Virus record (IMG/VR): IMGVR_UViG_2885360797_000005
Direction: 5' to 3' (one strand)
Length of the DNA stretch: 64,000 bases
Source of the DNA: a virus
Taxonomy: Duplodnaviria > Caudoviricetes
Positions 1 to 7,861 of this stretch are shown here, one piece after another; within the stretch, counting starts at the first letter, position 1; each line of letters opens with the position of its first letter. Under the pieces are notes generated by a model. That model worked only from the letters and a program-made list of their open reading frames with translations, was not told the DNA's origin and did no database searches. A program made the position numbers and the translations under genes.

Positions 1-80
1 GTGTCAGAACTCACACTCCATCCGTTGCTTTCGGCACATTCAGTTATCTTATCAATGATATTATGCTTGTTCATATTCAT
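1..80 (-). CDS. Hypothetical protein, 5' part only (runs off the window edge)
   Basis: Minus strand reads MNMNKHNIIDKITECAESNGWSVSSDT with no stop; co-oriented with the upstream operon. Confidence 0.5.
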   Translation of the reverse strand, partial: MNMNKHNIIDKITECAESNGWSVSSD

Positions 81-95
81 ATATATAATGGTTAT

Positions 96-125
96 GTCAG
101 CCGTAACGGGGTAGCTACGGCTGAC
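96..125. terminator. Intergenic hairpin (terminator or mRNA-processing element)
   Basis: Perfect 10-bp inverted repeat GTCAGCCGTA/TACGGCTGAC. Confidence 0.5.
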
Positions 126-135
126 GAATTAGTTG

Positions 136-495
136 TTATTCGAGGTTGGCAAGAAAGCGTTGCAACCTATTGTCCTTCAACTGGCTCAACTTGGTAGGTT
201 GGAAATTCTCCTGTTGCCGGACTTGCAGCTTGCCGAAGCCTTGTGCCGTATAGTCAAGCTCCACCTCCGAAAGCTCGTTCAGTGAAATGTAGCCGTATTC
301 ATCTTCCATCATTCCGATAACGATACCAAAGAGAATGGTGTCCTTTCCATCTGTTTCTCCTTCAAGAATGTACCACCGGATTGAGCCGAGAGCGAATATC
401 GCGCGACAAACTGCTTCTTTTCCTTTGCCATCCTGGGAATAAAGCGGAAAATCTTTTAAGGTTTCCGCTAATTGGGGTGTCATTAACCTGCACAT
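136..495 (-). CDS. DUF2958-like protein
   Basis: PLYSQDGKG..WYILEG..LFGIV..EYGYISLNEL pattern typical of this mobile-element family; ATG at 495. Confidence 0.7.
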   Translation of the reverse strand: MCRLMTPQLAETLKDFPLYSQDGKGKEAVCRAIFALGSIRWYILEGETDGKDTILFGIVIGMMEDEYGYISLNELSEVELDYTAQGFGKLQVRQQENFQPTKLSQLKDNRLQRFLANLE

Positions 496-496
496 C

Positions 497-664
497 TCAA
501 TCAAATTCTATTTCGTCCTCATAAACATCTATCTCTGCGCCACTGCTGAACTGCACAGTAAAACCTTTTGCAGTCTTGGCTACTATCGTACCACGATGAT
601 AACCACGCCATGGGGTTATCAGCTCGCATTGCCGCCCGTATTCCGGAAAATCTTTCTCGTCCAT
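497..664 (-). CDS. Small hypothetical protein (55 aa, MDEKDFPEY...)
   Basis: ATG at 664 packs exactly between the two neighbouring minus-strand genes. Confidence 0.65.
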   Translation of the reverse strand: MDEKDFPEYGRQCELITPWRGYHRGTIVAKTAKGFTVQFSSGAEIDVYEDEIEFD

Positions 665-665
665 A

Positions 666-986
666 TCAACCAACTTTAGGGTTAGTAAATTCGGGGTCAT
701 AGATAAGCTCACACTCAACCAAATGTCCGTATGCCTCGGATGCAAGTTTGGATGCCCACTCGTTCCGTTGGTCATAACATCCTTTTTGATAGTTGTATGC
801 CAACTGGCGCATAAAGCCAAGGAACACCTTGAACATCTGTTGCTGAAGGTAACGGTGCGCTCTGGTCATTTCTCTGCCTGTCTGGTTGGCTGACACCATA
901 ACACCATTCGTAAAGTTCGCAAATTGCTTGGCGAACTCTTTGTCTCTCTCGGAGGTCATAGCTCCTGATAATTCTTGATAGTCCAT
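666..986 (-). CDS. Hypothetical protein, first gene of a leading-region operon
   Basis: 106-aa ORF with A-rich leader, directly downstream of hairpin 1. Confidence 0.75.
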   Translation of the reverse strand: MDYQELSGAMTSERDKEFAKQFANFTNGVMVSANQTGREMTRAHRYLQQQMFKVFLGFMRQLAYNYQKGCYDQRNEWASKLASEAYGHLVECELIYDPEFTNPKVG

Positions 987-1014
987 AATCCTTTATATTT
1001 TTAAGTCTCAATTC

Positions 1015-1271
1015 TTTTCCCTTTTGTTTGAAGCCTTTTGGCTTCTTGGTCGGGAGAACCGTTTTTCGTGCGGTAATCCCTGCGGACAACAGGGAGGATT
1101 AGGCAAGTGTGAGGTCAGAGAGCGCGACGGAATACCCAAATTTTGGAGGCACGAGAAAATTTGTGGAAGGCTGCCGGAAAGCCCTCCGACTGAAAGCGAA
1201 GCGTCACTTGACGTTCCTCCTGTCCGCAGTACCTTTGCACGGGAAAATGGTCCTGACCAAGAAGAGCAAAA
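1015..1271 (+). promoter_or_regulatory. Long hairpin 1, candidate ssDNA (Frpo-like) promoter for the minus-strand operon
   Basis: Nested arms 1042-1055/1251-1264, CTGCGGACA/TGTCCGCAG, CAAGTG/CACTTG, apical 1137-1144/1156-1163; CTTG-N19-TACCTTTG in the 3' arm. Confidence 0.7.
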
Positions 1272-1857
1272 CGAGCAATCGACAATAGAAAAAGATTTTT
1301 CCGTAAGGAACGGAACAGACGTTTTCAGATTAGACTACAAAGAAAAACAGTGATTCTGCTATTGCAAGTGAAACCTGCAACAGAAAAATCACCGACTAAT
1401 ATTCTCAGACTAACAAGTTTTCTAAAAATCCGATGTTGATGTGAAAGCCTTTGAAGTGGAACTTGTGTAGCCTCAAAGGATTTCTCTTTAACATCGGAAT
1501 GGAGTTATCCACAAATAGCATGAACCTATCGGCTGAACTTACTTGGTGTAGTATACACGGAGGAAGTTAGACGGGATGTAGAACTGATTCATAGTCAGTT
1601 CATAAATAAACTATTTGTAACAAAATTATCATTGGCCTATAATTTTATATTCCTGATATTATTGCAATAAGACCAACTGAGATACTTGCCAGTATATAAA
1701 TCTTCATACATGCAAAGTTATGAATTATCATTCGAATATGACAGCGGAATTTATCTTAACCTCCTTGAAAAACAGCCCCATCCAGACTTTTATAACGAAA
1801 TGGGGCAATATAAGCAAAGTTCCAGTAAAAACAAAAGGAATTCCGAAAGAATATTTG

Positions 1858-1865
1858 TATCTTTG
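1858..1865 (+). promoter_or_regulatory. Bacteroidetes -7 promoter box for hsdM
   Basis: TATCTTTG matches TAnnTTTG, 133 nt before the start codon. Confidence 0.55.
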
Positions 1866-1997
1866 CAAATGAATGGTAACTGCATTAAAATGACCTAATA
1901 GAGAAAATAAAACGATACATTAAACTCCTTTGCTGTCTTTATAGGCTTGGTCAGCCTTGCAGGGACTGCTAGGAGTTTTTTTTGTTTATTATAGAAT

Positions 1998-3536
1998 ATG
2001 GCAAAGAAAAAAACAACGGACATAGTAAAGAAAACCATTGAGCAAACGCTATGGGATTCGGCAAATGAGTTGCGAGGTAATCTTGATGCTGCCGAGTATA
2101 AAAGTGTGGTGCTTGGACTGGTATTCCTAAAATACATCAACGACTGCTTCAAAGTTAAGCACGATGAACTTGTGGCTGAAGGCGAAGGCTTTGAGGAAGA
2201 CCCTGACGAATATATTGGCGATAACATATTCTTTGTTCCTGTCGATGCTCGTTGGGAAAAGGTTGTCAATGCCTCTCTTACTGCCGAAATCGGAGTTGTC
2301 GTTGATGCGGCAATGGAAGCATTGGAGAAAGAGAACAAGCAACTCAAAGGCATTCTTCCCAAAAACTATGCTCGCCCGGAACTTGATAAACGCCGCTTAG
2401 GTAACGTAATTGATATTTTTGAAAACAACCTCCACTTTACAGGTTCGGAAGCTCGTGATGTGCTTGGACGTGTATATGAATATTTCCTTGGAGAATTTGC
2501 CCGTGAAGAAGGCAAGAAAGGTGGTGAGTTCTATACTCCTTCATGTGTTGTTCGCACCATAGTCGAAGTTATCCAACCCTACAAAGGAAAAATCTTTGAC
2601 CCCGCTTGCGGTTCGGGTGGTATGTTTGTGCAGAGTAGTAAGTTTATAGAACGTCATCAAGGTAATATCAATAAAATATCCGTCTATGGTCAGGAACTTA
2701 ACAGCAATACGTGGAAATTAGCGCAAATGAACCTTGCCATTTGTGGAATTGAAGCAAATTTTGGCGACAGCTTCGGAGATTCTTTTCACGATGACAAACA
2801 TCCATTTTTGAAAGCGGATTTCGTAATGGCAAATCCACCGTTCAACATTTCCAAATGGGGCGGTGACCAATTACGTGATGACCCACGTTGGCAATATGGC
2901 ATACCGCCGGAGGGAAACGCCAACTTTGCATGGATGCAACACATGTTATATCACCTGGCAGACAATGGACGCATCGGTTTGGTTCTTGCCAATGGCTCGT
3001 TATCCTCACAACAAGGCACAGAAGGGAATATTCGTGAAAACATCGTCAAAGCCGATTTGGTGGAAGGTATTATCGCCATGCCATCCCAACTGTTCTATAA
3101 TGTGCAGATTCCATGCTGCTTATGGTTCTTAACAAAGAGCAAAGCACAACCGGGCAAGACGCTTTTCATAGATGCTCGTAACATGGGCTATATGAAAGAC
3201 CGTACACACCGTGAACTCTCTTGTGGGGAAGAAACGGAGGATCATGGCAACGACATAGCACGTATCGCTGATACTTTCGAGCAGTTCCGTGCAGGAACGC
3301 TTGAAACCGAAAAGGGATTCTCTGCGATTGCCACGATTGAGGATATAGAGAAACAAGACTTTATCCTCACTCCAGGACGTTACGTTGGAATTGCCGAGGT
3401 TGAGGAAGACGGTGAACCTTTCCAAGAAAAGATGGAGCGTCTTACTTCCGAACTTTCTGATTTGTTCGCACAGTCACACACGCTCGAAGACGAAATACGC
3501 AAGCAATTGGCAAAGATTGGTTTTACCGTCAAGTGA
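1998..3536 (+). CDS. hsdM: Type I restriction-modification methyltransferase subunit M
   Basis: GEFYTP, DPACGSGG and ANPPF (N6-adenine MTase) motifs; 512 aa. Confidence 0.97.
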   Translation: MAKKKTTDIVKKTIEQTLWDSANELRGNLDAAEYKSVVLGLVFLKYINDCFKVKHDELVAEGEGFEEDPDEYIGDNIFFVPVDARWEKVVNASLTAEIGVVVDAAMEALEKENKQLKGILPKNYARPELDKRRLGNVIDIFENNLHFTGSEARDVLGRVYEYFLGEFAREEGKKGGEFYTPSCVVRTIVEVIQPYKGKIFDPACGSGGMFVQSSKFIERHQGNINKISVYGQELNSNTWKLAQMNLAICGIEANFGDSFGDSFHDDKHPFLKADFVMANPPFNISKWGGDQLRDDPRWQYGIPPEGNANFAWMQHMLYHLADNGRIGLVLANGSLSSQQGTEGNIRENIVKADLVEGIIAMPSQLFYNVQIPCCLWFLTKSKAQPGKTLFIDARNMGYMKDRTHRELSCGEETEDHGNDIARIADTFEQFRAGTLETEKGFSAIATIEDIEKQDFILTPGRYVGIAEVEEDGEPFQEKMERLTSELSDLFAQSHTLEDEIRKQLAKIGFTVK

Positions 3537-3582
3537 TATGACTTCTACTCTTCGTTAGGTTCACCATATAATAACGAAGAAT

Positions 3583-4575
3583 ATGAAAGAAAAATTAATT
3601 CAAGAAATCAGCACCGCAATGGCAGAAGTGTTAAGTTTTGAACAAGTAGCTCACCTTAATAGCGTATTGCTTCAAGTCGTAAGCCAATACACTATTACCG
3701 AAGATGGCGAGACGCTGCACGAAAATGCAGCGTCTAACGACCGTCTGCTTGACATATTCCTGTCTGCAAAACAAGTGGAGGGTTGCACAACTCCGACAAT
3801 CAAATACTATGGTTCAACCATTCGGCAGTTATTCAAGAAGATGCCTAAAAAGGTCACCGACTATACTACAGAGGATATCAGAGCCTACCTTGCTGTATTT
3901 CAGCGAAAAAACAAATCAAGCAAAGTTACCATTGATAATATTCGTCGGATATTTTCTTCGTTCTTTGCTTGGCTTGAAGAGGAGGACTACATCGTCAAAA
4001 GCCCTGTCCGCAGAATACATAAGGTGAAAACAGGAACACAGGTCAAGGAGGTGTTGAGTGATGAGAATATCGAGCAACTCCGTGATAGTTGCACTAAAAT
4101 CCGTGACCTTGCCATTATCGACTTGTTGGCTTCAACCGGTATGCGTGTTGGTGAATTGGTAAAACTCAATCGTGAAGACATTAACTTCACAGAGCGTGAA
4201 TGTATCGTATTTGGTAAGGGCAACAAGGAACGTATAGTTTACTTCAATGCTCGCGCAAAGATTCATTTACAACAATACTTGTCTTCTCGCAAAGACCGAA
4301 ACAAGGCTCTCTTTGTCTCTTTAGCTAAACCGCATAAACGCTTGGAAATTTCGGGCGTGGAAACTCGTTTGCGTAAAATTGGGCGCACTGCAAAGATTGT
4401 ACGTGTTCATCCTCACAAGTTCCGCCGTACATTGGCAACAATGGCAATTGACAAAGGTATGCCTGTGGAACAAGTGCAACGCTTGCTTGGTCATGTCAAG
4501 ATTGACACTACCATGCACTATGCAATGGTTAATCAAAACAATGTCAAACTCTCACACCGTAAATTCATAAATTAA
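3583..4575 (+). CDS. Tyrosine recombinase of the type associated with hsdS shuffling
   Basis: TGMRVGEL, HPHKFRRT and LLGH..TTMHY catalytic residues; lies inside the hsd locus. Confidence 0.93.
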   Translation: MKEKLIQEISTAMAEVLSFEQVAHLNSVLLQVVSQYTITEDGETLHENAASNDRLLDIFLSAKQVEGCTTPTIKYYGSTIRQLFKKMPKKVTDYTTEDIRAYLAVFQRKNKSSKVTIDNIRRIFSSFFAWLEEEDYIVKSPVRRIHKVKTGTQVKEVLSDENIEQLRDSCTKIRDLAIIDLLASTGMRVGELVKLNREDINFTERECIVFGKGNKERIVYFNARAKIHLQQYLSSRKDRNKALFVSLAKPHKRLEISGVETRLRKIGRTAKIVRVHPHKFRRTLATMAIDKGMPVEQVQRLLGHVKIDTTMHYAMVNQNNVKLSHRKFIN

Positions 4576-4576
4576 C

Positions 4577-5221
4577 ATGTGGTATTGTTCGACATATAAC
4601 AGTAGCTCATCTTTCCTCAAAAATAAACAAGGAAATGATAATTTAGAGCAGCAGGCGCAAGCGTTGTTCAAGTCTTGGTTTATTGAAAATGCCATATATT
4701 CAGGGGATAAAATAGCGGATTATTTTATGCCAATTAGAGGTAAAAATCTGCTAACATCAGAAGCTACGGGTGGTAACGTTCCTGTAGTTGCAGGAGGCCT
4801 AAATCCTTCAGCTTATCATAATACAGCAAACACAGATGCTCCTGTAATCACAATATCCGCTTCTGGTGCGAATGCTGGTTTCGTAAATCTTTGGGGAATT
4901 CCCGTATGGTCTGCTGATTCATCATATATAGATAGTTCCGTAACACCTTATGTGTATTTTTGGTATAATCTATTGAAATATAAGCAAAAGAATATATTTG
5001 AGGCACAAACTGGTTCTGCACAACCCCACATTTATCCTAAGCATATTGGAGATATTGAAATTCCAAACTTAGATTTATCTCAAATACAGCTATACAATAA
5101 TGTCGTTTCAACTTATTACCATAAGATTGATGAGAACAATACAGAAAACTGTCGTTTGGCTACATTAAGAGATACACTTCTCCCAAAACTTATGGCAGGG
5201 AATATAAGTCTTGATTATTAA
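4577..5221 (+). CDS. hsdS: Spare C-terminal half of HsdS (TRD2'); homology begins at 4633
   Basis: NDNLEQQAQALFKSWF...TGSAQP...LRDTLLPKLMAG; the first ~19 codons are not HsdS-like. Confidence 0.88.
   Translation: MWYCSTYNSSSSFLKNKQGNDNLEQQAQALFKSWFIENAIYSGDKIADYFMPIRGKNLLTSEATGGNVPVVAGGLNPSAYHNTANTDAPVITISASGANAGFVNLWGIPVWSADSSYIDSSVTPYVYFWYNLLKYKQKNIFEAQTGSAQPHIYPKHIGDIEIPNLDLSQIQLYNNVVSTYYHKIDENNTENCRLATLRDTLLPKLMAGNISLDY
4633..4680 (+). repeat. hsdS central repeat, copy A (core + right arm)
   Basis: 46/48 identical to 7146-7193; core AAATGATAATTTA at 4633-4645. Confidence 0.9.
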
Positions 5222-5239
5222 TCATTTAGGCAAAACAAT

Positions 5240-5491
5240 ATGATTGAAAAGATAATAAATAGGAATATAGGAAAGAGTCAAAAATGTAGGGTGAAATATG
5301 GAAACAACTCTGAATTTGATCTTTTGATTGTCAACATCAATGATGGCGAAAGGGTACGCAAGTTCTCAATAGAAGCAAAACATCTTTCCTCTGAGAAAGA
5401 TTCTATTTATTTCTATCCTGAGACAAAGAACGATGTGGTTACAATAAGATGGAATCATGAGATTGAAAACTACATAAACGAAGTACAATAG
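5240..5491 (+). CDS. Hypothetical protein within the hsdS cassette region
   Basis: 83-aa ORF filling the gap, co-oriented. Confidence 0.65.
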   Translation: MIEKIINRNIGKSQKCRVKYGNNSEFDLLIVNINDGERVRKFSIEAKHLSSEKDSIYFYPETKNDVVTIRWNHEIENYINEVQ

Positions 5492-5528
5492 GCTACGAAC
5501 ATTTGTAGTCAAACTACTATATTATGTT

Positions 5529-6617
5529 ATGAATGACTTTGAAGAATATATAAGACAAGGTGAGCCTCAAAAAAGAGAAAAAGGCTATGCTTGGCAAACA
5601 GCCATCGGATTGCAGGCGGTGGATGCCTTGAAGCCCTCGGAATATCTGATACAAACGGCACGTCAGCATATTGAGGGCGATATAACTATCGAAGAAGCCA
5701 AACAGCTTATAGATAGTTATTATCAATCAAAGACCGTTAGAGCAGACATCGAAGACAGAACAGAAGAAGCCGATAAGGTTTCAGCACGTATTGCCGAAAT
5801 ATTATCGGAGAAGACGTTTACATTTTCGCCCGTTGAGTATATCACCATTCATCGCCGCCTGTTCCAAGGCATCTATAAATTTGCAGGAAAGGTCAGGGAT
5901 TACAATATCACCAAAAAGGAATGGGTGCTGAAAGGCGAAACTGTACTTTATGCCAGTGCCGACAGTATACGTGAAACGCTTGATTTCGATTTCATGCAGG
6001 AAAAGAATTTTAGCTATAAGGATTTGAACATCAATGATGCTATCACACACATCGCTAAGTTTATTTCCGGAGTTTGGCAGATTCACGCTTTCGGTGAGGG
6101 AAATACCCGTACAACGGCAGTGTTTACAATCAAATACCTGCGCACGTTTGGCTTCGACATCAGCAATGAAGCGTTTGCCAATCACTCTTGGTATTTTCGT
6201 AACGCTTTGGTTCGAGCAAATTATAACAACTTGAGCAAAGGTATTTACGCTACCACCGAATATATCGAAGCGTTCTTTAGAAACCTTATTCTTTCCGAGC
6301 ATAACGAACTAAAGAACCGAGCAATGCTTGTGCAAGAACTTTCTGCCCAAGACATTCAAAGTGCAAACACGATAAAAGAAGTCTCTCCAAAGTGCAATAT
6401 TTGCACTTTAAATTGCACTTTAGAAGAAATTGCCGTACTGAACTTCTTGCGAGAACAGCCTAAAGCCACGCAAAAAGAAATTGCAGCGCATATAGGCAAA
6501 TCTGAGAGAACAGTGAAGACCATTACCGTAAATTTGACCGAAAAAGGTATCATAGAGCGCAAAAATGGTAAAAGAAATGGCTTTTGGGAGATTATAACGA
6601 ATGATTTAAACAGCTAA
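5529..6617 (+). CDS. Fic-domain protein with N-terminal antitoxin-like region and C-terminal winged HTH
   Basis: HAFGEGNTRT Fic motif variant; C-terminal TQKEIAAHIGKSERTVK HTH. Confidence 0.88.
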   Translation: MNDFEEYIRQGEPQKREKGYAWQTAIGLQAVDALKPSEYLIQTARQHIEGDITIEEAKQLIDSYYQSKTVRADIEDRTEEADKVSARIAEILSEKTFTFSPVEYITIHRRLFQGIYKFAGKVRDYNITKKEWVLKGETVLYASADSIRETLDFDFMQEKNFSYKDLNINDAITHIAKFISGVWQIHAFGEGNTRTTAVFTIKYLRTFGFDISNEAFANHSWYFRNALVRANYNNLSKGIYATTEYIEAFFRNLILSEHNELKNRAMLVQELSAQDIQSANTIKEVSPKCNICTLNCTLEEIAVLNFLREQPKATQKEIAAHIGKSERTVKTITVNLTEKGIIERKNGKRNGFWEIITNDLNS

Positions 6618-6648
6618 ATTCTCATTTATGGAACAGTGGAAAGAATAT
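6604..6648 (+). repeat. 45-bp direct repeat spanning the hsdS start, copy 1
   Basis: 44/45 identical to 7817-7861. Confidence 0.9.
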
Positions 6649-7830
6649 CAATTAAAGGATGTAACCACCATTTTAGGTGATGGTTTACATGGAACTCCAG
6701 AATATGACGAAAATGGAACTGTGTTTTTCATCAATGGTAATAATCTTGTTGATGGGAAAATTGAGATAAAAGATTCAACAAAGCGTGTTTCAGAAGAAGA
6801 AGCTAATAAGTATAGGAAAAATCTAACCCAGCGAACTATATTCGTTTCTATCAATGGAACAATCGGCAATGTTGCAAAATATAAAGGAGAAGCATGTATT
6901 TTGGGCAAAAGTGCTTGTTACTTTAATGTGGCTGAAAATTTCGACTTGAATTTTATATATTATGTTGTAGCCTCGCAACAATTTAAAGATGCAATAACAC
7001 GTTTAGCTACAGGTACTACAATTAAAAATGTATCATTGGAAACAATGAGGAATTATTCATTTATGGCACCAAGCATAAATGAACAAAAACGCATCTCGTC
7101 TATCCTTTCTTCTCTCGACTCTAAAATTGAGCTGAACCGCCGGATAAATGATAATTTAGAGCAGCAGGCACAAGCGTTGTTCAAGGCTTGGTTCGTGGAA
7201 TTTGAACCATTTGGAGGCACAATGCCAAGCAATTGGGAGATTTGCGAAGCTCAAAAATACTTCAATATAAATATAGGGAAAACTCCTCCACGGAATGAAA
7301 TGCGATGGTTTAGCCAAAAATCAACAGATTGTAAATGGGCCTCTATTTCAGATCTTGGCAAATGTGGACTTTTCATTAACGATACGTCTGAATATCTGAC
7401 TAAGGATGCGGTAGAAACTTTTAATATAATCGTTGTGCCAAAAGGTACTATCTTGTTAAGTTTCAAACTCACGCTTGGACGAGTTTCAATAACAACTTGT
7501 CCACTTACAACAAATGAAGCTATTGCTCGATTCTTGATTAATCACGATTATGAACGAGAGTATTTGTATTTGCTTCTAAAGCAATTCGATTATACGTCTC
7601 TGGGTAATACATCATCTATTGCTACTGCTGTTAATTCTAAAATAATAAGAAGTATGCCGATAATGATGCCAACAGTTGATGTTCTACAGCGATTCCATCA
7701 TATTGTTAGTCCTATTTTTACAAGAATGCGTTTTTTGTCGGATGAAATAATGCAGCTTACAGATACTCGTAACACAGTTCTCCCACAACTGATGTCGGGC
7801 GGGCTAAAAATTAACAATTTAAACTGCTAA
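6628..7830 (+). CDS. hsdS: Complete type I specificity subunit (TRD1-TRD2)
   Basis: Two TRDs joined by LDSKIELNRRINDNLEQQAQALFKAWF; ends LPQLMSG. Confidence 0.95.
   Translation: MEQWKEYQLKDVTTILGDGLHGTPEYDENGTVFFINGNNLVDGKIEIKDSTKRVSEEEANKYRKNLTQRTIFVSINGTIGNVAKYKGEACILGKSACYFNVAENFDLNFIYYVVASQQFKDAITRLATGTTIKNVSLETMRNYSFMAPSINEQKRISSILSSLDSKIELNRRINDNLEQQAQALFKAWFVEFEPFGGTMPSNWEICEAQKYFNINIGKTPPRNEMRWFSQKSTDCKWASISDLGKCGLFINDTSEYLTKDAVETFNIIVVPKGTILLSFKLTLGRVSITTCPLTTNEAIARFLINHDYEREYLYLLLKQFDYTSLGNTSSIATAVNSKIIRSMPIMMPTVDVLQRFHHIVSPIFTRMRFLSDEIMQLTDTRNTVLPQLMSGGLKINNLNC
7111..7193 (+). repeat. hsdS central repeat, copy B (left arm + core + right arm)
   Basis: Left part matches ~8354-8401, right part matches 4633-4680; core at 7146-7158. 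Confidence 0.9.
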
Positions 7831-7861
7831 ATTCTCATTTATGGAACAGTGGAAAGAATAT
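7817..7861 (+). repeat. 45-bp direct repeat spanning the hsdS start, copy 2
   Basis: 44/45 identical to 6604-6648. Confidence 0.9.

Noticed and set aside
1024-1353. ORFs across hairpin 1 (1024-1353 + and 772-1089 -)
   Set aside because: They overlap a structured element or real genes and show no protein motifs
1623-1633. AAATTATCATT as a fourth, inverted hsdS core
   Set aside because: Partial match with no flanking arm homology; better explained as a minus-strand -7 box
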